Assembly: GCA_029856045.1 (NCBI GenBank)
Contig: JAHQWG010000046.1
Coordinates: 53,477-117,476, forward strand
Direction of reading: 5' to 3'
Origin: Promethearchaeia archaeon
GTDB lineage: Archaea > Asgardarchaeota > Lokiarchaeia > Sigyniarchaeales > SOKP01
Length of the DNA stretch: 64,000 nucleotides
In this document: positions 51,666 through 61,370 of the stretch, one piece after another
Layout: every line of letters starts with the position of its first letter
Numbering within the stretch: the stretch's first letter is position 1
Made by a program: the position numbers and the translations under genes
Notes under the pieces: generated by a model
Told to the model about the DNA's origin: nothing
The model's database searches: none
Seen by the model: only the letters and a program-made list of their open reading frames with translations

Positions 51666-52988
51666 TTATTCAATTAATTTTGTTTTTCCAGTACCCCAAA
51701 CGCCTAAAGCTACTCCTAACTCTTTGTGGTCTTTTGCATAATCTTTTACTTTTAACCCCTTCATAACAGCATCAATGGCTTGCCTAAAAGCTTTCGCTCC
51801 AGCAATAGGTCCATCAGGATGACTATGAATTCCACCACCCGATCCTATAAGTATATCTTTTCCTGCCTCTTTTATTGCTATATCAACCATTCCAGCTGTA
51901 ATACCTCCAGAAGGCATTGGTAATGTAGGTTTGATATGTTGAAATGGAAATCTTAAAGCACGTAGAATATTTTCATAACGCTCATCTAAAATTTCCGCTT
52001 TTCCATATGGAGCTGGGACAACAACACTATCAGCACCGCAAATTCTCGGTAATTTTCCAAGGACAAGTATACTGCTTAGTCCATTCCATTCTCCACCCAT
52101 TAAAGCTCCTGAAAAATCCATATGCCCCAGGATTGGTACTTTTATAGATGGATCTTCTGCTAACTTTCTTAGAACTGCATATCCAGTTGCTATAAAATTT
52201 ACCATTATTGCATTTGCCCCTAACTCAATTACTTTATCTGCATATTCAAATATATCTGGAAGTCTATTTGAAATATTAATAGTATAGAGGGTTTTTTCAC
52301 CTTTTTCTGAATCTGCACGATCTACTGCTTCCATTACAGCAACAATTCTATCTTCTAATGTATTAAATTCTGGATTAGAAATAAGTTCGTCATCTTTTAC
52401 CACATCACAACCTCCAACAGCAGCTTTATATACTAGATCAGCGGCTACTTCAGCAGTATGACCAGTACATGGCTTAACCATATTATTTAACATTGGCCTT
52501 TCAGGAACTTTTAGAAGTTTTCGTATTCCATCTAAGCCAAATTTAGGTCCTTTAAATCCTTTTAACCATTCTTTAGGAAACGCAAGATCTACTAATTTTA
52601 GACCATGCGTAATAGAAATATTTCCAATTACACTGGTAAATAACTGAGGTATTTGTGGTCGAAAATTTACTATTGGAAAAGCGATTTGAATGCAATAATA
52701 TCTTTCTTTAATGTCTTTTGGAACAACATATTCATAATATGGGAGCTCATAGACGCCTAAAACTCTCGCAACATGATGTTTTCTCACTTCAGCTGTTTCG
52801 GCAGGAACTCTTACCCATGTGCCTGTGGACTGTTCAATGGCAGCAAAACGTGCCAAATAATTAACATTTTGTCCCTTAGCCCGTTTAATAATGTAAGTCG
52901 CAATAATATATTTCTCTAAATCTATACCATCTAAGCCTATTGCTTCTGGGAGATCTAAATACTGTTCTGTAGAATCTTTTTCTGTCAT
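51666..52988 (-). CDS. RuBisCO-like protein (form IV)
   Basis: EQSTGTW, GPKFG, VKPCTG, DVVKDDE, HMDFSGA, PSGG, GGGIHSHPDG; carboxylase-specific residues altered. Confidence 0.9.
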   Translation of the reverse strand: MTEKDSTEQYLDLPEAIGLDGIDLEKYIIATYIIKRAKGQNVNYLARFAAIEQSTGTWVRVPAETAEVRKHHVARVLGVYELPYYEYVVPKDIKERYYCIQIAFPIVNFRPQIPQLFTSVIGNISITHGLKLVDLAFPKEWLKGFKGPKFGLDGIRKLLKVPERPMLNNMVKPCTGHTAEVAADLVYKAAVGGCDVVKDDELISNPEFNTLEDRIVAVMEAVDRADSEKGEKTLYTINISNRLPDIFEYADKVIELGANAIMVNFIATGYAVLRKLAEDPSIKVPILGHMDFSGALMGGEWNGLSSILVLGKLPRICGADSVVVPAPYGKAEILDERYENILRALRFPFQHIKPTLPMPSGGITAGMVDIAIKEAGKDILIGSGGGIHSHPDGPIAGAKAFRQAIDAVMKGLKVKDYAKDHKELGVALGVWGTGKTKLIE

Positions 52989-53080
52989 ATCAATTCACAA
53001 TAAAAATAAAGAAAAGTTATTCAAAAATTTTTTCTTATTTATTTATTACTTTTCTTTCAAACGATTTAAAAATTTTAGAA

Positions 53081-54151
53081 ATGAAATATAAAGGAACTTA
53101 CGAATTTTATAGTACATTCATAGAAGGTTTAACTGATACAATTCCGATAACAATTCCTTTTAATTTGACACCATCAAAAATAAGGGCTCTAGTAAATCAT
53201 CAATCATTACGATTTATTCACGCGGGAAATTGGTGGAATATTAAAAATCCGGAAAAACGGTCTAAAGAGTTAATTTTGGCTCAACAAATGAAATTAGCCA
53301 ATGAAAATACAACGGGATTAATGTCAAAGAATATACAACCTGGGGATCAAGATTTGAAGGAGGAAGAAGATCGGCTAAAGAAAATTTATAGAAGACAAAT
53401 AAATTATGATAAATTTTTATACTGGTTATTAGATTCCTCTGAACTAATTGATTACTATAATAAAAACCTAGAATATGCTAATTGGGCAAGAGAAAATAAT
53501 AATTCAGCCATACCGATTTACTGCTCCATCCAAGTAATTAATTATGAATCTGCTAGAGAATGGTTTAAGAAAGCCTCAAGCAAAGGACATAATCATTTTT
53601 GTGTTGGTGTTAGTGAATTCTTAAAATATCCAAAATATAAGAAAGTAGGTATAAAAAGATTATTTGAAATTAGTTTAGGTATAAGAAGTGTAATAAATGA
53701 AAACGCTAAGTTGCATTTTAGTGGGGTTGCTAGCCATTATTTAATGCCCATTTTAGCCTGTCTTGGAGTTTCAAGTTTTGATGGGTCAACACCAGTCACA
53801 TCCGCGCTAGCTTATGGAACAGTTTTTAATGAAAACGGATATGGCCTAAGGGCAAATGTTTTAAAAGATAATATCGAAAAAAGGGAGAAGTTTTTCGCTA
53901 CAGCAAATAAATGTAAATGTGAGGTGTGCAATGGAAAAGATATTAAACAAATTGTAAATACCTTCTCTAAAGACAGAAAAACAAGAGTAATTCATAATAT
54001 TTCAATTTGGAGAAATCTTGTTTCAGAACTAAATTCAAAAAAAAATAACTTAGATAAATTCTTGGAAATATTAGATTCAAGAATTAATTTGAAATATTTT
54101 AAAGATTTACTAAAAATTAAAGATGATATTTTAGAAAGATATAACTATTAA
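53081..54151 (+). CDS. Divergent tRNA-guanine transglycosylase (TGT)-like protein
   Basis: LHFSGV, GVSSFDGSTP, Zn site CKCEVC...HN. Confidence 0.6.
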   Translation: MKYKGTYEFYSTFIEGLTDTIPITIPFNLTPSKIRALVNHQSLRFIHAGNWWNIKNPEKRSKELILAQQMKLANENTTGLMSKNIQPGDQDLKEEEDRLKKIYRRQINYDKFLYWLLDSSELIDYYNKNLEYANWARENNNSAIPIYCSIQVINYESAREWFKKASSKGHNHFCVGVSEFLKYPKYKKVGIKRLFEISLGIRSVINENAKLHFSGVASHYLMPILACLGVSSFDGSTPVTSALAYGTVFNENGYGLRANVLKDNIEKREKFFATANKCKCEVCNGKDIKQIVNTFSKDRKTRVIHNISIWRNLVSELNSKKNNLDKFLEILDSRINLKYFKDLLKIKDDILERYNY

Positions 54152-54208
54152 GTTGGTTCTAACAAATATTAAAAAAAAAAAAGAGAAAAATTGATTTATT
54201 ATTTAAAC

Positions 54209-55324
54209 TTATTTAGATTCCTGTTTTATTTTTTTCTTGGATTCCTTCCTTGCCATAAATGTATCTTCTAAAACATTCAAATATTCAATTAGGACTTGAT
54301 TTGATTTTGACTTTGTCTTATATTCTTTCTTAATTGTATTAATTATATATTCTGGGAAGAATTGTTGCACAAAGAAATCTGACAAAAGAGTATAATACTC
54401 GTTTCCACTCTCATCTTGAAACACTTGAATCATCCTAGAGGACCAGAGTTTCTTAAGAACATAATCAACGTCATCTACTCCTTTTTTCTTGAGCTTTTCA
54501 AGATCATTTCTAGTAACTATTGTTTGCCGTAATAACTTTATTGTCTCATACACTGGTGGATCAATTAAGAGATCGATCAGAGTTAAATTATCATTTTCAC
54601 TTAGTTTATATTCTTGAAAGAATTTCTTGCACTCTGTAACATAATTATTTGCCAGATTTGAAGGAAGACCATGACTACTAGGAGCCTTGATGAGTTTTAC
54701 TGGAGGAATCCTTGAAAATAAAAGATCATGTGTCAAAAATACCAACTCAGAAGGCATACCCTTAACAGATGCCTCTTTTATGATTTCATTTTTAATTAAA
54801 CTTGCAATAATCGCTTCTATATCAACGAATCCATGCTGATACTTGTCTTTTAACCAGACTAATAACTCCGATTTTGAGATTACACCTTCATCACGTAATC
54901 GATTTATTATTATTCTTTTAATCTCATCTTGATAAATAATTGCTAGTTTTTGCTCTAAATTTAATTTTGGATATACTGATAAGCGCTGAAAAATAGATGG
55001 AATTAAATTAATAAGATTTTCATTTTCAATATTGGCCAAAATTTGTCTCGAAACATCTGCTAATCCAGATTCATATAAATCTGGTTCATCCTCTAAACTC
55101 AATAGTAAAATGATGTAACAACCAGTTTCTTGTCCTGTATAGTAACTTGCAACGTTTAATGAGCCCACCATTAGACTTACCATTCCGGGTTCTCCAGTGT
55201 ATTCATGAGTACTATAAACTTGCATTAAAGTTTTATCTCCAATTACAACTTCCTCTGGATATTTTGCAATAATTTGTGTACCGATACGCTCATCCCATTT
55301 CATTATAACTAATCCGACTGGCAT
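54209..55324 (-). CDS. Longin/uDENN-like plus tandem winged-helix protein (copy 1)
   Basis: N-terminal GLVIMKWDERIGTQIIAKYP resembles the first hairpin of NPRL2/C9orf72/AVL9-type longin domains; two wHTH-like segments; TAATG overlap with the upstream gene. Confidence 0.65.
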   Translation of the reverse strand: MPVGLVIMKWDERIGTQIIAKYPEEVVIGDKTLMQVYSTHEYTGEPGMVSLMVGSLNVASYYTGQETGCYIILLLSLEDEPDLYESGLADVSRQILANIENENLINLIPSIFQRLSVYPKLNLEQKLAIIYQDEIKRIIINRLRDEGVISKSELLVWLKDKYQHGFVDIEAIIASLIKNEIIKEASVKGMPSELVFLTHDLLFSRIPPVKLIKAPSSHGLPSNLANNYVTECKKFFQEYKLSENDNLTLIDLLIDPPVYETIKLLRQTIVTRNDLEKLKKKGVDDVDYVLKKLWSSRMIQVFQDESGNEYYTLLSDFFVQQFFPEYIINTIKKEYKTKSKSNQVLIEYLNVLEDTFMARKESKKKIKQESK

Positions 55325-58300
55325 TACTCTTCACTACCCCCCTCTTGATTTTCATCATATTCTTTTTCAATTTCAGGTTGTTCCTCTTCAATTTCCGATG
55401 GTTCTCTTTCAGGTTCTGGTGGTTCTTCCTCAACCTCAGGATATTCCCATTCGGGTTCTGGTGGTTCTTCCTCAACCTCAGGATATTCCCATTCGGGTTC
55501 TGGTGGTTCTTCCTCAACCTCAGGATATTCCCGTTCAAGCTCCGATGGTTCTCTTTCAGGTTCTGGAGGTTCTTTCTCAGGTTCTGGATATTCCCTTTCG
55601 GGTTCTGGTGGTTCTTCTTCAACCTCAGGATATTTCTTTTCAGGTTCTGGTGGTTCTTCCTTAACCTCAGGATATTCCTTTTCAGGTTCCGGTGGTTCTT
55701 CCTCAACTTCTGGATATTCCCTTTCAGTTTCTGGTAGTTCTTTTTTAATTTCTTCAAATTTTTTACCTTTAATACCAAGGGTATCTTCTATTGAGAGTCC
55801 TAATTTATCCCAAAGTGATTTCAACGAGTCAATAATATATTCTTGTTTAGTAGGCGCTTTAATTGAAGCAGGGATTGATTTACCTCCCTTTATTGCTTTT
55901 GACATAGATTTGGTTTTCTTTACAAAAGCAGGTATCTTCGCTTGCTGAACCACTCGATATCCAACAATACCTCCAACTCCAACAATAACAATTACCATAA
56001 TCAAAATAAAGTAGAATAATGGCATACCTGGAAATATTTCTGGCATTCCCACAACTATTGTAACATCCATAGTATAATTAATATGATTAGATGCCCAGTA
56101 TTTTATTTTTCCTGTTAAAGTTTGTGCAATTATAAAAGCATTTATCTCCGATGTTGTAAAATCATACTCATAGACCCCATCTCCATCATCGTCGGTGAAG
56201 GTATATATTGCATCTCCGATTGTAAGATTTACAATTGCACCAGTTAAATTTGTATTGTTTCTTGTTGGATCTGTTAATTTGAGCTTTATTGTTATGATAT
56301 CACCCTGGATTGAATTGATCTGGGAACCTTCAACACCAACTAAATCTCTAGTTATTTCTCTTAAGTTAATCGAGAGAGATATAAGTGCTGTTGCATAATC
56401 ATAATTATCCTTATCAAGTGTTACAAATAAAAGATAATCACCGACAGTGCGATTTTCGGTATTAAAGTCAAGTGTGTAATCTCCAGCACCCGTTTCATTA
56501 AGAAATCCTGAACCACTATCGATAACAGTCCCTAGCTCATCATAACGTTCCCAGAGATAGTAATGTGAATCTAAATCTGTAAGTATTTCCCCAGTAAGAT
56601 TATCTCTAAAAGTAAATGTAAAGTTGTAAGGATCCTCAACATAAATCTCCTTATAAATCCGGTCAATTTGCGCTTTGTGATTTACGGTCGTTGGTCGTTT
56701 AATTATATTTATAAAGAAATTCTTAATAGTAGTACTAAAATTACCTTTTTGAGCAGTGAATTCAATAAGATATTTTCCAGTAGTTTGAGCTTTGGATGTA
56801 TTGAAAAATAGTGTATAATAACCATCTAATTTAATTGGATCCTGTTCTATATCTACGCTAGCTGGTTCAAATGTCCATTTATATGAAACTGAAGCCTCTC
56901 CAATTAAATTTGTGGGTATTGAAGTTTCGTAGAATTTTACTGTTATGTTAAGATTTTCACCCCAGTATTCTGTAATTTCATTTGTATCATATTCTAATCC
57001 CGAAGAATAATTGTATATTTGCATGTCCGTTAATATTTCATTAAGAGCAAAAATAACTATTAATGGATTCGGGTTGAGATATCCACTTTTTGATCCTATT
57101 ATTTTAACAAAATAAGTATTTCCAGCAGATAAAATTGATGTATCAAAAGTTAAATTATAGTTGGCAGTAAATTCCCTATCTAATTTTGTATATTCTGTTA
57201 ATTCCGTTAATTCACTATCTACAACAGCAAATTTTATCGAATCCGCATCGGTGGGGGTGACAGTACCACTTATATTTGCTTGAAAAATTACTTTTACAAC
57301 AATATTATCACGCCAATAGACATTACTTAAAGGAGCAGATGTTAAGCTGATAAAAGTTTTCCAGTCTTGAATATTTACATGAGCAACAGTTGTATTCCAA
57401 GATTCAGAAAGAAGCGTGAAGTTTAATCCTTCATTTGGTGGAGTCCACGGATCTCCAGGTGGACTAGCAAAATCATAATATGTTTTATTTATTTGTCGAT
57501 ATGATCCTGCAAACCATAATTTCATTGAATAATTTCCTTGATTATAGATATCCCCATAAATAAAGTGGATAAATCGAGCAGTTCCACCTTCTTGGACAGT
57601 AATATTTGCAACAGAAACATCAGAGCCCGCAGTTGCATTATAAATTTCAATAATTGCATTTTCTAACTCTCCTTGATATTCATCGCAGGCATTAAAATGA
57701 ATAGTTGAGATATTTGCTATTATATTGAGTTTTGTGCTTTTAACATATGTAATATAAAAAGTACCATTATAAGGGCTCTCATTCTTTGCTCCCGCTTTTA
57801 ATAACTCAACAAGAATTTTTCCTAAATTTGTATTGTTGCCTTGAACTGAATAATTTACGTACGAATATACACCAGATAGGTCCTCAAAAGATTCAATAAT
57901 TGTGTCATTTTCATCTTTAATGTAGAGTTGTTTAATATAATTAGTCATATTGACAAAAGATAAGTTATAGCTATATATGCGCTGATAATTGCTTGGTATC
58001 CATTCATAAGTAACTAAAAGATCTTCCCCTACGTCTAACCTAATAACAGCGGGATCACTTACAGCAATAAAATTTTGGACGTATGTGGGGTTATTCGCAT
58101 TAAGTCTTGAGATTGTCCCATTAAAAATTTTTAAATGCTCTTCATAATAAGTTGCTTCATCTGACATAGCTCCATAATCAAAGTAAACACTATAATTATA
58201 GCTTGATTGATTTCCCCAAATTATTTGCGTTTCACCATTTTGATTCAATGTTGCATTCCCAACAATATCAGTATTATTTTCAAGTGTTATAAAACCATAT

Positions 58301-59772
58301 TTAACAGGATTTCCATCAATATCAGTAATATTAAAATTTATTGTCCATAATTCTAATGTTATAATAATTTCTGAATGCAAATCTAGAGGTTTATAATTAT
58401 CTAAAGTCGCAACAGTTTCTGTAAGAGGAACACTAACGCCTTGCATTGTAAAATTAACTATAATATCATACATGTCAGTCCTTGAAACATTTACAAACAA
58501 GACATCACCATCCGAATTTGTTAAATCGTCTTGATCTAAATAAGATTTTGAACTATTAGAAATATACACGTGCGCATTAGGAATTCTAAATCCATCTATA
58601 TCAGCACAGGTAATTTTTAATGAATACGAAACTGGCTCTATTTCACCGATGCTGGTTTGGATAATGTGATCTGGAACAGTCAAAACTGGTTTTGCCCAAA
58701 TAGAAATATCATCCCAATAATTATTTTCTCCATTTCCATCTGGACTGGGAGAATCATCGTCATGAAAATACATAATTTCTTCTATTGGAGTTGAAGTAGA
58801 ATCCGTACCTATAAAGAAAGTATAATGATTCCATTGATCTATGGGATATATATCTCTATAAGTACTATTGTCCCATATTTGATTACCATGGACATTATAT
58901 CCAGGACTTGGCCAGGAATTAGTCCTACTAGGACCCACACCTGTTATTTCGGTTAAAGCAGCTGATAAAATTCCAATATCTTCACATCTTATTTTGGCAG
59001 TCATACGTAAATTTGATGTTCTTGGGATTGGAGTAGAAAGGATTTGTCTTTTCCAATTATTTCCATATATTCGTAATGATCGAAAACCTCTAGCAACAAT
59101 AGTTATATTATCATCCTCGCCCCAGGGATCAGTAAAATCTTGACCTCCGGGTTGGAAGGGTTGTAATGTAACATCATGTTCAAAACCTTCGTGCCATACA
59201 CGAATAATGTCGTATCCTGGATCCAAAATTGCTGGATCTGTACCATTTTCAAAGTAGATAAAATATGTTCTTGTTGCAGATGCAGCTGTTGTCCCGTTCA
59301 TAATCCATATGACATCCCCAATGGCATTAATATATTTATTAAAATCCGACCAAGGATCAAATTGACAAGGTATAACTGTATAATCCGTAATGGAAGCATA
59401 TTCTACAACTCGAATTGTAGATGCATTTAATTCAGGATTAATAACACTACCATTTAGGAAAAATTGTGTAAAATTTACTAATAGTTCGACAGGAGCATTA
59501 TTTTGTACAGCCCCATTTGCGCTAACATTTACTGGAATTCTGTATTCCCATGTGTCATTCCACCATTCATAGTTAGAATAGGCACTCAATAAAGGTATAT
59601 TGTTGTTGGAAAACTCATCGTTAAAACCATCATCTTCTGTTAAATTCGTCGAAGAATCGTTAATAACTGTAAATTGCCCCATAATTCCCGACAAAATCAT
59701 AGTTGATAAAAAAAGGCAGAGTAAAAAAATTGTTTTGTTTTTTTTATTTAATTTAATTAATTTCATATACAT
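55324..59772 (-). CDS. Large single-pass surface glycoprotein (1482 aa) with acidic Tyr/Pro/Glu repeat tail
   Basis: N-terminal signal/TM, WWNDTWEYRIPVNV (DUF2341-like), beta-rich repeats with many N-x-S/T sequons, C-terminal TM LFYFILIMVIVIVGVGGIVGY, repeat tail. Confidence 0.85.
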   Translation of the reverse strand: MYMKLIKLNKKNKTIFLLCLFLSTMILSGIMGQFTVINDSSTNLTEDDGFNDEFSNNNIPLLSAYSNYEWWNDTWEYRIPVNVSANGAVQNNAPVELLVNFTQFFLNGSVINPELNASTIRVVEYASITDYTVIPCQFDPWSDFNKYINAIGDVIWIMNGTTAASATRTYFIYFENGTDPAILDPGYDIIRVWHEGFEHDVTLQPFQPGGQDFTDPWGEDDNITIVARGFRSLRIYGNNWKRQILSTPIPRTSNLRMTAKIRCEDIGILSAALTEITGVGPSRTNSWPSPGYNVHGNQIWDNSTYRDIYPIDQWNHYTFFIGTDSTSTPIEEIMYFHDDDSPSPDGNGENNYWDDISIWAKPVLTVPDHIIQTSIGEIEPVSYSLKITCADIDGFRIPNAHVYISNSSKSYLDQDDLTNSDGDVLFVNVSRTDMYDIIVNFTMQGVSVPLTETVATLDNYKPLDLHSEIIITLELWTINFNITDIDGNPVKYGFITLENNTDIVGNATLNQNGETQIIWGNQSSYNYSVYFDYGAMSDEATYYEEHLKIFNGTISRLNANNPTYVQNFIAVSDPAVIRLDVGEDLLVTYEWIPSNYQRIYSYNLSFVNMTNYIKQLYIKDENDTIIESFEDLSGVYSYVNYSVQGNNTNLGKILVELLKAGAKNESPYNGTFYITYVKSTKLNIIANISTIHFNACDEYQGELENAIIEIYNATAGSDVSVANITVQEGGTARFIHFIYGDIYNQGNYSMKLWFAGSYRQINKTYYDFASPPGDPWTPPNEGLNFTLLSESWNTTVAHVNIQDWKTFISLTSAPLSNVYWRDNIVVKVIFQANISGTVTPTDADSIKFAVVDSELTELTEYTKLDREFTANYNLTFDTSILSAGNTYFVKIIGSKSGYLNPNPLIVIFALNEILTDMQIYNYSSGLEYDTNEITEYWGENLNITVKFYETSIPTNLIGEASVSYKWTFEPASVDIEQDPIKLDGYYTLFFNTSKAQTTGKYLIEFTAQKGNFSTTIKNFFINIIKRPTTVNHKAQIDRIYKEIYVEDPYNFTFTFRDNLTGEILTDLDSHYYLWERYDELGTVIDSGSGFLNETGAGDYTLDFNTENRTVGDYLLFVTLDKDNYDYATALISLSINLREITRDLVGVEGSQINSIQGDIITIKLKLTDPTRNNTNLTGAIVNLTIGDAIYTFTDDDGDGVYEYDFTTSEINAFIIAQTLTGKIKYWASNHINYTMDVTIVVGMPEIFPGMPLFYFILIMVIVIVGVGGIVGYRVVQQAKIPAFVKKTKSMSKAIKGGKSIPASIKAPTKQEYIIDSLKSLWDKLGLSIEDTLGIKGKKFEEIKKELPETEREYPEVEEEPPEPEKEYPEVKEEPPEPEKKYPEVEEEPPEPEREYPEPEKEPPEPEREPSELEREYPEVEEEPPEPEWEYPEVEEEPPEPEWEYPEVEEEPPEPEREPSEIEEEQPEIEKEYDENQEGGSEE
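55355..55740 (-). repeat. Coding tandem repeat, 21-nt sub-units forming a 42-nt (14-aa) unit EREYPEV-EEEPPEP
   Basis: About 18 heptads such as EREYPEV, EEEPPEP, EWEYPEV. Confidence 0.92.
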
Positions 59773-59933
59773 ATCAAAGAACTCTAAAAATTTGTAATTT
59801 TTATAAAAAATGTTGTGAGAGCTAGAAAAAAAAATATAAATATATATGTTTGTTAAATATAATACTCTAAATTGAATTATTAAGGTATTAAAACTTTTTT
59901 TTAATAGTAGAGTAAAAAATTATTACAAGGAAG

Positions 59934-60170
59934 TTATAAGGAAATTTTATACGCTGCAGGAAACGCCCCGCTTAAATCGCACGCAGGATTAGCACAACTA
60001 TCATAATTAGTAATCACCCACAAAGGTCCTTTTAACATGATAACCTTCCTTCCTCCGTTGTTAAATTCGTGTCGTAGTTTCGAAGAACATAACTGACACA
60101 CTAATCCTTCTTTTGAGTTCTAGTAAGTGTAAATGGTCGGTGCCAAAATTTCTGAAGGCTTTTCTGGCAT
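59934..60170 (-). pseudogene. Short Zn-ribbon ORF remnant with internal TAG, probable transposase N-terminus
   Basis: MPEKPSEILAPTIYTY*NSKEGLVCQLCSSKLRHEFNNGGRKVIMLKGPLWVITNYDSCANPACDLSGAFPAAYKISL*; locally higher GC. Confidence 0.55.
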
Positions 60171-60263
60171 GAATAATAATAAGTTAATCACGAAGATAAA
60201 CCTTTCTATTTTTATCGGGTGATTGTGATTTCATATTAAAGAAAAAAAAGAAAAAATTGTTAT

Positions 60264-61370
60264 TTATTCTTTTACTTTAGACTTTTTCTTAGGTTTAGCT
60301 TGAAACGCATCGTGTATTACATTTAAATATTCTATTAAAACTTGGTTAGATTTAGATTTTTTGGCATATTCGCTTCTTATTACATTTAACAGATATTTTG
60401 GAAAGAATTTCTCAATGAAAAAATCCGATAAAAGTGCATAATATTCGTTTCCTCTCTCATCCTGAAATACTTGAATCATTCTCCCTTGCCAAAGTTTTTT
60501 AAGTACGTAATCAACGTCATCGACTCCTTTCTTCTTAAGCTTCTCAAGATCATTTCTTGTAACAATTGCTTGCCTTAAAAGCTTTAGAGTTTCATATACT
60601 TGAGGGTCAATTAAGAGTTCAATCAGTGCCAAATTATCTTCTTCATCAGGTCTATATTCTTGAAAGAATTTTCGAGATTCAACCGTATAATCATTAGCTA
60701 AATTTGAAGGAAGACCTTTATCAGCCGGATTTGCTAACAGTTGGATTGGAGGAATTCTGGTTATCAAGAGATCATGTATAAGAAAGATTAATTCTGAAGG
60801 CATTCCTTTCACTGATGTTTCTTTAATTAAATCGCTTTTAATTAAAGACATGATAATTGCATCAATATCGACAAATCCTTGTTTATATCGATCTTTGAGC
60901 CAAACCATTAACTCCGATTTTGAAATTACTCCCTCCTCTCGTAAACGATTTATAATTAATCGTTTAATTTCGTCTTGATAAATAATTGCAACTCGTTGTT
61001 CATCGTTTAATTTTGGATAAACAGATAATCTCTGAAAAATTGAAGGTATGAGATTTATGAAGGACTCATCTTCGATGCTTGCAAGAACTTGCCGAGATAT
61101 ATCAGCTAAACCCCCTTCATAGAGATCTGGGTCATCTTCTAAGCTTAAAAGTAATATAATGTAATAACCTGTATCTACGCCCGTATAATAGCTTGCGACG
61201 TTTAATGAGCCCACCATCAAACTAACCATTCCAGGCTCACCAGTATATTCGTGTGTGCTATAAACCTGCATTAAAGTCTTGTCTCCAATAACAACTTCCT
61301 CAGGATATTTCGCTAAAATTTGTGTTCCAATACGTTCATCCCATTTCATTATAACTAATCCAACTGGCAT
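60264..61370 (-). CDS. Longin/uDENN-like plus tandem winged-helix protein (copy 2)
   Basis: Close paralogue of 54209-55324 (12 differences in the first 121 aa by manual count); TAATG overlap with the upstream gene. Confidence 0.65.
   Translation of the reverse strand: MPVGLVIMKWDERIGTQILAKYPEEVVIGDKTLMQVYSTHEYTGEPGMVSLMVGSLNVASYYTGVDTGYYIILLLSLEDDPDLYEGGLADISRQVLASIEDESFINLIPSIFQRLSVYPKLNDEQRVAIIYQDEIKRLIINRLREEGVISKSELMVWLKDRYKQGFVDIDAIIMSLIKSDLIKETSVKGMPSELIFLIHDLLITRIPPIQLLANPADKGLPSNLANDYTVESRKFFQEYRPDEEDNLALIELLIDPQVYETLKLLRQAIVTRNDLEKLKKKGVDDVDYVLKKLWQGRMIQVFQDERGNEYYALLSDFFIEKFFPKYLLNVIRSEYAKKSKSNQVLIEYLNVIHDAFQAKPKKKSKVKE

Noticed and set aside
51666-52988. CO2-fixing form III RuBisCO completing an AMP salvage pathway
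   Set aside because: Key carboxylase residues (second Lys of KPK, Arg of HRA, His before loop 6) are substituted
55290-55778. Overlapping ORFs with FWWFF, VLVVLPQ or LRKNHQN repeats
   Set aside because: Alternative-frame and antisense products of the coding tandem repeat
60120-60122. Pyrrolysine readthrough of the in-frame TAG
   Set aside because: No pyl genes or methyltransferase context in the window; a decayed fragment is simpler
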